IMG/VR virus record: IMGVR_UViG_3300007722_002942
DNA length: 20,000 nucleotides
Reading direction: 5' to 3' (one strand)
Source of the DNA: an uncultured virus (IMG/VR IMGVR_UViG_3300007722_002942)
Taxonomy: Duplodnaviria > Heunggongvirae > Uroviricota > Caudoviricetes
Position numbers and translations under genes: made by a program. Every line of letters starts with the position of its first letter. Position 1 is the stretch's first letter. Shown piece after piece: positions 1-11,100 of the stretch. The notes beneath the pieces were generated by a model, which saw only the letters and a list, made by a program, of their open reading frames with translations, searched no databases and was not told the origin of the DNA.

Positions 1-97
1 ACATGAAGGTTAATGAGAGCGTATATAAAGGTAGAGTTACAAGCACTAAGGGAATTATGAATAATTTATTCGATTCTCTTATTAAAAAGGAAGAGTA

Positions 98-2278
98 ATG
101 CCAAGTAAGTCAGCACAACAATATAATTTACCTACAAAGCTTAGGCAACCAATGACCGATCTAGGTCAGGCTGTTAAGACCAATCCTATGTCTCCAAAAG
201 ATTTGGCAGATGCCGCTGGAATAGAATTTGATCCTAACGATCCAAATAGTCAATCTCAATTCGCTACGGCTTTACCGGCATTAACTGAACAACATAATCA
301 GGGTATTAAATCAAATGAGCAGATTTTAGAAGATCAAAAGAAGGTCGAACAAGGATTAATTAACATGCAAAATGTTCAAAAAGATTTAAGTACGGTTTCT
401 TCAAGAAAGTCTTTTAATTTTAAAAAGGCTCAATTTAGCCCTGTTAGTCCTATGGACCAGAATATGGGAGACTTTCATGAGGTTGGACAAATGCAAGAAC
501 CAGAAATGCCACATGAAAATAATCCTAAATTTAAAAGTCATGTAGAATTAAAAGAGTTCTTGGTTAGCAATATGGGAGATCAGGAAGAAATAAGACATAT
601 GTTTTTTAATGATGCAGGAGATGATAATTTAGATAACATTAAAATGGCTCTTGAAAATTTCTTTTCTAAAGCAGCTATTAAGGAAGTCGGAGAGGAAGTA
701 TTACTAGATGCAGCAAATATAGTTTATGATTTTATTCCTGAAAGTATGAAAGCTGCTAATCCTGATGGACAGCAAACTATAGTTACAGAAAAAACATCTC
801 CAGATAGATTTTCTAATATTATGTCATGTTTAGAAAAAACAGCTAATCATATTAAGAAGCTTGCGGAAGAATATGTATCTAAAAAAATCAATCAAAAAAA
901 GGCTTCCTATAATCAAAAGAAGATAGCACAGCACAAGACAGTTGATAATATGCTCCTATGGGGACCAGGCAACCCTAGACCTGATCCTTTTTTAAGAGGA
1001 CAACCTGTTTCTGATTGGCATATCGTTGAGAGAAATAAGGGATTTGGTCAAGATATTGATGGTGTTTGGAATATAGATTGGGAAGCAATGTGGAGAGGAA
1101 ATGTTATGGACAAATATAGTCGTCCATACAGAGATAAAGAGGGCAACTGGGTTGGTGGGTATTTAGAAAAAAGATTTGAAGTTGATAAAAATATTCCAGA
1201 AGCTAATAATTATCAATTAAAGCCAGGTCAACGTCGTCGCCCATATCTTCCAGAATTTGGGTCTACAGAAGCTAGACTGGAAGATGCTAGAAAAAAGAAT
1301 AAAGAAGGCGGAAAGACAGAAGATTGGAGTAAGTCGGAATTTTCAGAAATGAAAGTTGCTTCACTTCGCTCATCTTCTGCTAAATGGCAGGGAATAAAAA
1401 AATTAGCCAATAGTAGTAGCAAGGGGCAAAGTAGCAAGGGGCAATTACTGTGGGATGCCCTAGGTGATCATCCAAATACTCAATCTTTAAGCCTTGCCGA
1501 ATTTGGTAAGTTGTATAATTATCTTTTGAAACATATAGATAGTATTGTAAAATTTGATATGGAAACTCTAAGTATGGAAATAAGATCTTATTTAGGAGAC
1601 GAAAATTCTAATACTGTATCAACAAGTCCAATGGTTGCATCTTCTGGTTTTAATTTAAAGAAGATAGCATCTTTGGATAAAAAAAAAAGTGAACTAAAAG
1701 AATCTCAAATAGGATCTGGAATAGGCGGCGGGAGGCCTCCTAAAGATCCTTTCTCTATGACTTTACCTGGAGAAGAAGTAAAAGATACATCTCCTCAAAA
1801 AGCATGTGCAGTATGCGGCAGACATTGTAGTAAAAATGACGCTAAATGCCCATATTGTAATGGTCAAGTTGTTGATATTGGGCAAAAGGCAACACAACCT
1901 GCTGCTACAGGTGTACAAAAGCCACATAACGAATATCTAAACCAGAATATGCCTATAACTGCAAGTGAAGTTGTCTATGACAGCAGATCTGGTAAGTTTA
2001 CTATAGCACAGGTCGGTGTTATAAATCCTGGTGATGCTCAGTTAAGAAGATTTAGAGGCAGAAAAAAAGGCTATCCATTAACAGACAAGGACGGAAAGCC
2101 AGTAAAACCACTACCTCAGCTTAATGATTTTGTTGGTAAAGAATTTCAAACAAGTAAGGATATGGCCGATCCTAACGATCCGGATTATTGGAAAATAAAA
2201 TCTAATGACGATAGTAAGTGTAGGCCAAATCAGGATGAAATTAGTCATTCCTGTACATCTTTGGCTATAGACGGATAA
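98..2278 (+). CDS. Hypothetical 726-aa protein, probable virion/head-associated; Trp-rich central domain and CxxC..CxxC zinc ribbon
   Basis: Long ORF with SD-like AAGGAAG upstream, directly before the portal gene. Contains CAVC..CPYC and several FNxKKxA[Q/S] motifs. No family recognised. Confidence 0.6.
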   Translation: MPSKSAQQYNLPTKLRQPMTDLGQAVKTNPMSPKDLADAAGIEFDPNDPNSQSQFATALPALTEQHNQGIKSNEQILEDQKKVEQGLINMQNVQKDLSTVSSRKSFNFKKAQFSPVSPMDQNMGDFHEVGQMQEPEMPHENNPKFKSHVELKEFLVSNMGDQEEIRHMFFNDAGDDNLDNIKMALENFFSKAAIKEVGEEVLLDAANIVYDFIPESMKAANPDGQQTIVTEKTSPDRFSNIMSCLEKTANHIKKLAEEYVSKKINQKKASYNQKKIAQHKTVDNMLLWGPGNPRPDPFLRGQPVSDWHIVERNKGFGQDIDGVWNIDWEAMWRGNVMDKYSRPYRDKEGNWVGGYLEKRFEVDKNIPEANNYQLKPGQRRRPYLPEFGSTEARLEDARKKNKEGGKTEDWSKSEFSEMKVASLRSSSAKWQGIKKLANSSSKGQSSKGQLLWDALGDHPNTQSLSLAEFGKLYNYLLKHIDSIVKFDMETLSMEIRSYLGDENSNTVSTSPMVASSGFNLKKIASLDKKKSELKESQIGSGIGGGRPPKDPFSMTLPGEEVKDTSPQKACAVCGRHCSKNDAKCPYCNGQVVDIGQKATQPAATGVQKPHNEYLNQNMPITASEVVYDSRSGKFTIAQVGVINPGDAQLRRFRGRKKGYPLTDKDGKPVKPLPQLNDFVGKEFQTSKDMADPNDPDYWKIKSNDDSKCRPNQDEISHSCTSLAIDG
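1415..1444 (+). repeat. Perfect 15-bp tandem duplication AGTAGCAAGGGGCAA x2 (encodes SSKGQ twice)
   Basis: Read directly at 1415-1429 and 1430-1444; in frame. Confidence 0.9.
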
Positions 2279-2288
2279 GGAATAAATT

Positions 2289-4556
2289 ATGCCCATAAGA
2301 ATGATAGTAGGAGATAGTTCTGAAAAGGGAAAAAAAAGATTAACAGCCTCTTCTGGAGCTTTTAATAAAGATGCAGTTAAGCCAATATCTGGTAAAAATA
2401 TACCTTACGCAAAGACATCTGTATCTTTTACTCCTATAACTAAAAATTCTCAGTTTGCAGGTTCGGCTGCAAATAGTATTTTTACACAGCCCATGTTCTT
2501 TTCTCCAATGCATACGCCACAAAACTGGCAGATTGCATCTAAGAGGAGAGAGATCTATCAGTGGTCGAGATTCTATTACGAAAATGAACCAAAAGTTGCC
2601 GCCGGTGTAGATTTTTACGCTGGTTTTCCGATGAATGGTTTCAAATTAGAATGTAAATCTAAACAAATATTAGAGTATTATGAGCAGGCTGTAGAAGATC
2701 TAGATTTGGCAGACTGGGTTGGTCATATAAGTCATGAGTATTTTCTTATTGGAGATGTATTTCCATTTTTAGAAATAGGATGTCCTGAATGTGAAGGCAA
2801 AAATCCAAAATGTAATCATCCTGGAGGATATTTTAAATCTATTAGACTTATGAATCCTGATTACATAGAAGTTCAAGATAGTGTTTTGGCTGACCAGCCA
2901 TCTATAGCTATGGTTCCTGATGAAGAACTTAGAATGCTAGTTCAAAGAAGAGAGCCTAAGAAGATTTATGACAAACTTCCTAGAGAATTGATAGAGATGG
3001 TTTCAACTGGAAAGCCAGTTCCATTATCTAATAGAAGTATAAGCCATCTGAAATATAACGGTAGTGCCTACGGTGTATACGGGACATCCATGTTACGTAG
3101 GTTATTTACTATACTTGCATATAAAACAAAGTTAATGACAGCTAACTGGATTGTTGCAGAAAGACTTATTCTTCCTGTAAGAGTTGTTAAGGTTGGAGAT
3201 AAGGATCGTCCTGCGAGTGAGGAAGATTTGGCTGATGTTGCAAACCAGCTAGCAGCGGTTGTTAATGATCCTAACTTATCTATTATTACCCATCATGCTT
3301 TTGAGTACGAGTGGTTCGGAGCTAGTGGCAAGATACATAATCTTACAAATGAGATGGAAGAAATAGGAAAAGAAATTCTAGATGGGTTGATGTTAAACCA
3401 GTCTCTTTTAAACGGAGAAATGCCTGGCTATAATTCGGCACAGGTTGGTGTTGAGATTATGATTCGCAGAGTTGAGAATTGGAGAAATAAGCTTTCTAAA
3501 TGGGTAGAAAATAAGATATTTAAACCTATTGCTATGATGCAGGGATTTGTTGACGAGGAAAGATCGGCAAATCTTGGAAAAACTGTTTATATGTATCCAA
3601 CCGTCAAGTGGAATGATTTGCGACTCAGAGATAAAACAAATTGGGTACAGCTTCTTATGCAGGGTTACGATAAGGGTATGGTATCTCTACAGACGGTACT
3701 TGAAGAAATGAATCTTGATTACGATGTTGAAATTGAAAGACGTAGAGAGGAAACAATGGTTACTTCTGCTACTGGACAAGCTATGCCAGGAGGTCCAGGA
3801 GGCGGAGCAGGAGCTCCTATGGGTGGCGGACCAGGTGGTGGACCACCTCCGGGAGGCCCTATGGGTGGAGATCCAGGAATGCCTCCCCCACCAGGTCCAG
3901 AAGCAGGCGGCGCTCCTCCAGGAGGAGATATGGGAGCAGGCGGAGCACCAGGTGGAGCTCCAGGAATGGGAGCTGCTGCTGGAATTGGTATGAATCCAGG
4001 AGAGTCCGGACCTCCTCCAAAGGTTATGAAAAAAGGTAAATCATCCAAGGATGAAGTTGAAGCACCTGCTCCTAGGATATTCAAGCTTACAAAGCTAGAA
4101 CAAAAGATGAAGAAAATGCTTGAGACTATGGATATTCCATATACTATGTTTGGTCAATACGAAATTAAGATGCCTGGACATCCTCAGCCATTTCTTTTAG
4201 ATTTTGCATATCCAAAAATAGGAGTTGGAATAGAAACAGATGGTGCTATATGGCATGAGAGAGCAGATTTAAAAGCAAGAGATAAGCAAAGAGATCAGAT
4301 ATTGGCAAATGTAGGATGGAGAGTTTTAAGATTTAGTGAGCAAGCTATAAATGAGCATATGGATGTTATTAGAGATATAGTTTCTAAAAATATAGCAGAA
4401 GCTGCTAGAACTAGAAAAAAGGCTGAATCTGAGAATATTATTACAAAAAATGCATCTGTTTCTTCATTTGTTGAAGATAATTTAGAGGAATTTCATGTTA
4501 CCAGAGATGAATTAGATAATGGTATGGGGTATCGTCTTATTATAAGTCATAAATAA
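2289..4556 (+). CDS. Phage portal protein with Gly/Pro-rich linker and C-terminal DUF559/Vsr-like PD-(D/E)xK nuclease domain
   Basis: Portal-like segments (ENEPKVAAGVDFY, EYFLIGDVF, LMNPDYIEV, ISHLK..YGTSMLRR) and position upstream of protease and capsid genes. C-terminus LDFAYPKIGVGIETDGAIWH..RDKQRDQILANVGWRVLRF matches the DUF559 pattern. Confidence 0.82.
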   Translation: MPIRMIVGDSSEKGKKRLTASSGAFNKDAVKPISGKNIPYAKTSVSFTPITKNSQFAGSAANSIFTQPMFFSPMHTPQNWQIASKRREIYQWSRFYYENEPKVAAGVDFYAGFPMNGFKLECKSKQILEYYEQAVEDLDLADWVGHISHEYFLIGDVFPFLEIGCPECEGKNPKCNHPGGYFKSIRLMNPDYIEVQDSVLADQPSIAMVPDEELRMLVQRREPKKIYDKLPRELIEMVSTGKPVPLSNRSISHLKYNGSAYGVYGTSMLRRLFTILAYKTKLMTANWIVAERLILPVRVVKVGDKDRPASEEDLADVANQLAAVVNDPNLSIITHHAFEYEWFGASGKIHNLTNEMEEIGKEILDGLMLNQSLLNGEMPGYNSAQVGVEIMIRRVENWRNKLSKWVENKIFKPIAMMQGFVDEERSANLGKTVYMYPTVKWNDLRLRDKTNWVQLLMQGYDKGMVSLQTVLEEMNLDYDVEIERRREETMVTSATGQAMPGGPGGGAGAPMGGGPGGGPPPGGPMGGDPGMPPPPGPEAGGAPPGGDMGAGGAPGGAPGMGAAAGIGMNPGESGPPPKVMKKGKSSKDEVEAPAPRIFKLTKLEQKMKKMLETMDIPYTMFGQYEIKMPGHPQPFLLDFAYPKIGVGIETDGAIWHERADLKARDKQRDQILANVGWRVLRFSEQAINEHMDVIRDIVSKNIAEAARTRKKAESENIITKNASVSSFVEDNLEEFHVTRDELDNGMGYRLIISHK

Positions 4557-4557
4557 T

Positions 4558-5028
4558 ATGAAATTTAATTTAAAAAAATACGCTGGTCCTCATCGAATTA
4601 AAGATAGAGGTATCAATTGGAAAGAAGCTTATCAGGAAAAATCTGATGACTTAAAGATACGTTTCGACTCGATGCTTGGACCTGGTGGATATTTTAGATG
4701 GGAAGGACATGACTATACAACAAATAGTAATTACTTTGTTGTTGTTGGCCCAGCTATTACGAAAAACGGTAAGAAAATGTTTTTTGCCGGAATTAAAAAA
4801 CTTCCCAAAAATAAAGATCAAAAACATCACTATGCGCCATATGGAGAATACTTTGGATCAATGCATAGTGCATTAAGTCATTGCGGTGAAAAGTGGGGTG
4901 TTCCTTTTCCAAAGGGAAGTCCTAACTATATAATGGCACAACTTGAACCATTAGATATTCCAAGACACGTAAAAGGATCTAGCTATAATTTTATAAAAAC
5001 ATCACGAATTGATGCAGAATTATTATAA
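4558..5028 (+). CDS. Hypothetical protein between portal and protease, begins MKFNLKKYAG
   Basis: Starts 1 nt after the portal stop (TAATATG), consistent with translational coupling. No family recognised. Confidence 0.7.
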   Translation: MKFNLKKYAGPHRIKDRGINWKEAYQEKSDDLKIRFDSMLGPGGYFRWEGHDYTTNSNYFVVVGPAITKNGKKMFFAGIKKLPKNKDQKHHYAPYGEYFGSMHSALSHCGEKWGVPFPKGSPNYIMAQLEPLDIPRHVKGSSYNFIKTSRIDAELL

Positions 5029-5056
5029 CAAATTAATAAATATGCGTCTTAAAGAT

Positions 5057-5090
5057 AAAGGTTAATTACTACAATATATATAATGTAGTA
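5057..5090 (+). promoter_or_regulatory. Putative phage promoter AAAGG-N18-ATAA overlapping inverted repeat TACTACA/TGTAGTA
   Basis: Same bipartite motif recurs at 6388, 13847, 14904(-), 14938 and 19472; lies upstream of the protease gene. Confidence 0.55.
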
Positions 5091-5134
5091 TATTAACGTT
5101 GTATAAAATTTTTTACTAATATACGAGGATTTTA

Positions 5135-8100
5135 ATGGCTTTTAAAAAAATAGCTCAATTACAAAATTATAAAATTGAAGCATTGAATAACCCAGGTTGG
5201 GATATTTATAATATGCCAGCAATGGTTAAAACAGCTTCTATTGAGAAATCAAAGGAACAAGATCTAGGAGGTTTCGATATCGAGGCTGCTGTAACTAAGC
5301 ACCCAGATAACTTGTTTATTAAAATTTTTGCAATTAAAGAAGATGAGACAAATGACAATGGAGATTATTTCTCCGCTGATGAATTAGAGAAGTCAGCTCA
5401 GACGTTTGTTGGTGTTCCTATCTTTACAAATCATCAAAATGATGATATTGAAAAGTCAAGAGGAGAGTGTGTTCACTCGTGGTACGATAAGGAATTAAAA
5501 GGTATTTTTATTGTAGCTAGGGTTGATAAGGTAGCATATCCCAAATTAGCCAGAGGCGTAGAAGAGGGTTATGTTAAAGGAACATCGATGGGATGCTCTG
5601 TTGATCACTCTGTCTGTTCAATATGTCATAATAAGGCTCACACAGCTGATGAATATTGTACACATATTAAAAATCAAAAGACAAGAAAGTTATCTACTTC
5701 TTGCAAATGTAAATATCATGAAAGCAAAGTTCAAGTAGATGAAAAATGCCCTATTTGTTCTTGCACTAAAAAAGAAGCTAGTTCTCTAAAGCATGATAAT
5801 CAGCAAGTATTTGAATATAATTACGGATTAAAGTTTATTGAGAATTCATTTGTCGTTAATCCAGCATGTCATACTTGCGGAGTCGAATGTATTCTTAATG
5901 AGCCAGAGCTTAATAAGAAGGTTGCAAGTCTTAGAGCAAGTGTAACAAAGTTATCTTCCAAATATGAAAATAATCCAAAATCAGTTAAAAATGCCGGACA
6001 AAATGAGATAGTATCATTAAAGCAGGCTATGGATCAAATTGAGAAAGTAGCAAGAAGTATGCTAGCTCAAAAAGATCAAGTAGATATGGAATTTGTTAGC
6101 GAGCTTGTTAAATTAATGTCAGATTTACAGGGAACTACTGATGAGCTTATAGAAGTAGGATATGGTCAATTACCATCTCCTCCTATATCTACAGCTTCTA
6201 ATGTAGGGGATGTATCTTTTCCAAGTATACAGTCAGGAAATGCACAGCCTCAACAAGCATCTTCGGCTCCTAGTGGACAAACAATGCAAAGTCATACGAC
6301 TAAGACACCTAATGCGATACAAACAGATTTAGGTGGCGGTATTGGTTCAATAACAAAACCAGCTAGCACTACTGTTGTAAATAAAAAGAAGGATTTTATT
6401 CGTATATCTTCTAACTTACTAAGCAAGATATATAATCTTCAGAATAAAGTATCAAAGTCCGCAAGGAGAACTACTGTGTCAGATAGCATAATTCATATAT
6501 GGGATGATTCAGAGGATGTTTCTTCTCTAAACGTATCTTTAGATAAAGAGCATGTAACTCTGGCACAGGGCGATAAGATTTTGAAAATAGCCCATGTTTC
6601 ACAGTTTTCCCCTGAGCTTCAGGATTTAATCAAATCTAATCCTTTTGAAGCTGTTCAAAGAATTCTAAATATTTCGAAGGAGTCTACAACTAACATGTCA
6701 GATAATCAAAACAAAACTGCCGCTATTGGCCCAGCGGATTCAGACAGTCCCGCTCAAAGAGAAGTTATTACTGAAAAACAATTAAAAAGTAGTCCTCCAA
6801 CGCTCCATCCAAGATGGGGTGATACTTACGAGCAGACAACTGAATCAAAGGATCAGATCGGAAGAAGTGATGATAAGAGTAATGATACAACTTCCGATAG
6901 TCCTCAGAAGAGACTTGGAACTTACGAAACCATAACTGAAGATCAGATGAGTACTATATCCAGTGGACATGTTGTTAGAACCAACGACTGGCCAGAAGTT
7001 ATTACTGAAAAGCAATGGACAGATATGAGCAGATTAGTTTCTGCTGATTTGTCTGATGATTGGGATTCTAGAATTACAGAGTCTCAAATAAAAGATCTAT
7101 TAAGCAGTCATTCTTTTGTTGGACCTTATGAAACAACAACTGAAGATCAATTGAAAAAGCAAGATTCCGGCGTTAAAAGATGGGCAAGCAAAAATTATGT
7201 AGATGCCATCACTAAGGTCGCTGTAGAGTCTATCTCTGATGCAATCGCATTGTTCAACAAGTCTCCAAATGATTTATCTAAAGTTGTTTCATCTTGTATG
7301 AATGATTCTGCATTGAAGAATAAAGTAGCTTTCTTATCGGTTGTTAATTCTCTTCCAAGAAAAAATGAAGATATTCATAATTTAATTAACAATGTTAATT
7401 ATTTTAGCAAGAAAGCATCTAAGAGTCTGGACACACCAGAGTCAGTAGATGCTTTGATTATTTCAATCGCAAATAATGCCAAGTCAGGAATTAAGTCAGA
7501 AGATATTATTGATACCATTAGCTATATTCTTTCTAAGAAAGAAGCGATGGCAAAGGTAGAAAATAGAGTACAAACAAAGATAGCTTCTAAGAAAGCTAAT
7601 ATTGAGACTGTTTTTGATAAATTTTCATCTATTGACAGTTCGTTAGCAACGCTTGATCGTCCAAAGGATGGCCTTTGGAGAATTGAAGCTACATTGAAAG
7701 AAGTTAAGGCAATGGCTAAGGGCGAGGGCAAAAAGGCTTTTGTTTCTGCTGCTAAGAGATTTGCAATTGCTCAAATAGGTCCAGAATTAGGCGGAAAAGA
7801 CTTAACACTTTTAAGTATTAAGTTTGATCCAGCTACTGGCTCGGTAACAATTGATGCAGGCGATGCTTCTATGCTTGGTAATAAAGAGCCAGAAGTTGAT
7901 GAACTATTAGAAGATAATAATGTTATGGACAGTAACGGCCACGACGATGACGATATTTTGGCAGATGATCTAGTATCTGATGAAATGGATGACATGGATG
8001 ACATGGACGACTATGGCGACAATCTTGGCGATGAAGGCATGGAAGAGGATAATGATTGTGGCATGGGTATGGGCAAACCAGCAATGCCAGGCATTGGCTC

Positions 8101-11100
8101 GGGCGGTGCAGGTATGGGTGATACTGGAATGGGTCAAACAAAGCCAGCAATGCCAGGTTCGTTATCTCCAATGGCTTCAAAAAGAAATGGTATTAAGAAA
8201 CAAGCACAGATGATGGGTGGAGAAATGGGTGGACAGGGCGGAGCTTCTCAAGCACCAGGAGCAGGAGCTACTTTACCTCAGCCTCCTATGGCAGATGCAG
8301 GAATGGAATCAATAAGCGGTGGAGATGAAGAGTTGGCAGGAGAAGAAGAATTAGGAGATATGCAGCCAAAACCACCAGGTTCTATCTGTCCAGTTTGCGG
8401 TAGCGAAGATGTTGATATCGTAAGCGGAGAGGGTCATTGCTCCAATTGCGGATCCCAATTTAAATTTAAGGTTACATTGGAAGTATCTAAATGGAGCGGA
8501 CTTCTTGGTGAAGATCAGGAAGATGGCGAGGAAGAAGGAGATGGCTTAACTGAAGGAGAAGGATTCGAGATGCCAGGCGAAGAGGCTATGCCTCCAGCTG
8601 CTGGCGGAATGGGAGCACCAGGACCAGAGGTTCCTGTTGCCGCTATGACTCGTCTTTCACCAGAATCATTGCAAAAAATTGCAAAAATGATTTATAAGAT
8701 TAAGGCTACTTCCGGTAGCAAAAATGCAACTAAGTCAGTTTCCGAAGGCGGATATGGTCTGAATAATACTATGTTACAAAGCTATGCTTCTAAAGATAGC
8801 GTAAAACTTGGATCAATTAGTCCATTAACAGGAACAGATAATACTTTACATCTTGGCGGAAGCGAATACGTATGTCTTTCTACAGGAACAAAATATAAAG
8901 TTAGCTTTATTGCTGATAAAAAGAATCCCAAGTATGTATATGCTCAATGGTCATATACTCCAAAAAGCGATGCAAATGCTTGCCCAACATGTCAGAGAAT
9001 GAGAAACAAGTTTACTAAGCAATTAGCAGGCTTTGGGGTGTCTGAGACACAATGGGATCAAATGAGTATTGCAGAAAGATCTAAGACATTAGTTAATATG
9101 AAGAAAGCAGGATCTCTTAAGGAAATTAAGACCGCTGATAAATTAGGAAGCGTTCTTGGAGATTATAAGAAAGCATATTCAATTTTCGGAGATAAATTCC
9201 CAGTTGAAAGTTGCAGAGAGAAGATTGCTCGCAGATATGGCGAAAACTCTCTTGCTATTAGCGGACCATGCGAAGGTCAGCCATTGGTAAATTGCGTATG
9301 CGACCAGTTGAAAAATGCTGGCGTATATACAGACAGATTAGCTATTAAGGTTGCTCAAATTTGGAGCGAAGTTGATGGTTATGAAGAATGCGTTACAGAT
9401 CAGGTTAGAACAAAGCTTACACTTAGAGAAGCTGCCGTTGTCTGCACAGCATTAAAGTCTGCCTTAGCATCTGATGAAGATTTCTTCGCAGACGATTTAG
9501 GGGAAAGCAATAATGAACCAGATAACGATACAGATAATGATTCAGATGATTCAAATCTAGATGTATCTGATGACTCTGATCCTTTTGATGGAAATGATAC
9601 AGACTCTGGAGACTCATTCGGTGAAGAATCTAGTACCCCTGTAGTAGAAGATGGTCTTGGAGAAAAGAAAATAGTAATTGAACTTTCAGAACAAGCAGCT
9701 AAGGAATTAGATGCCAAATTGGATGCTTCTTTAGGTAGCGATCCTACTGACGACTTGGGAGGAGAAGGGGAGATAGGGGGAGCAGAGAGTGTTGGTCTTG
9801 AAGGAGATATGGGATCTGGCGGAGATTTAGATTCATTAAACACAGATCCATCAGTTCCTTCCGATGGAGGATTAGACGAAGTTCCAGGAATTGGAGCAGC
9901 AACAACAGAAGAAGCTGTTAGCGGTCTTGGTGATTTAGAGACATCAAAGCCAGCACTTGACCCAATGCAGGTAAAAAATAAAGGAATTCCAGGTGGAAAT
10001 ATGGTAAGTAATCAGAACAACCCCGCTTTGCAACAGCCAGGCGATTTAAGAGGCGTTCAAGGCAGATTGGCCTCTGAAAATGTTAGTACTGAGAAGGAAG
10101 CTAATCATATGAGAAGCAGCTTTAATAGAACTGGAAAAATTGAACTTGATTTGCTTGCAGTAGCAAATAGTCTTAATTTGAAGAAAAAAGCTGGAGAAAA
10201 GCAAGTTTCAGTTGAGCTTGTTCAGGATTCTAAAGATATTGGAAAGATTAGCGATGGAGACCCTTTAGGAAAAGATCTTCCAGGGGCAATGGGGCATGAG
10301 AAAGAATCAGTTCCAACAGCAGTTCATCCTAGCGTTCCTCGTTCTGATGCACGTATGGGTCATGAAAAAGAAAATATTGATAAAGAAGAATCTCTTCCTT
10401 CTATTCCTTCTGATAAGGGGGCTATTGGACATGAAGATGAACAAGACCTATCAGGCGGAGATGTTCGCATGACAGGTGGAGTTGGCGCAACTGGAAAAAG
10501 TGAAGTAGAAGCTTCTAACGACGAGATTACCAAGGAAGCACAGATTCTTGATGAAGTTGCTTCTATGAGAGGTTTCGGAGGCGGAAGATCAAGTATAATA
10601 GTACATAATTTAGTAAATAGATTAGTTGCAGCTTCTCAGAAGAAGCAGGCAGATAAGGTAAAAGATGCAAAGCCAGTATCCGATAGCGATTCAATTGGCA
10701 AGGTTGATGGTGGCGGAAAGGGTATGGCTAATGAGGAAAGCTTTTCCGCAGAAGAACCAAAGAATGTAAAGTCTGATGGTAATGGAAGTATGATGGGACA
10801 TGAAAAGGAAACTCTTGGTGATAAGCCAGATTCTCCAAAAGACCATCCTGATATTCCAGCAGGCAATGCTCTTATGGGACATGAAGAAGACAGTATAAAT
10901 TCAGAAAAACAAACAGATATTAAAGGTACAGTCATTGCTGGTAGCAATGCAGAGTCCGAGGCCAGAGTTAAATTAGCAACACAGGTTGCAGCTGAGATGA
11001 TGCAAGCCGGTTTAATATCCGGTCAAAATCTTTATCAGAAGATTAATGAACTTAAACAATATGGGCCTAGCCAAATAAGGGATTACAGAAAGGCAATTTT

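Noticed and set aside
48..74. Promoter-motif near match AAGGG-N18-CGAT upstream of ORF 98 (also GAAGG-N18-AGGA at 12998)
   Set aside because: Mismatches in the boxes; too weak to call in AT-rich DNA.
3715..4084. Overlapping 92-aa (+) and 121-aa (-) ORFs in the portal linker
   Set aside because: Explained by the stop-poor GC-rich Gly/Pro codons; no SD or recognisable domain.
4089..4400. Nuclease domain as an intein-associated or intron homing endonuclease
   Set aside because: No intein N-terminal C/S block, no C-terminal HN-[CST], and no frame interruption; it reads as a simple C-terminal fusion.
7522..10947. Several antisense and alternate-frame ORFs inside the 2053-aa gene
   Set aside because: Ser-rich mirror translations of acidic low-complexity tracts; no independent signals.
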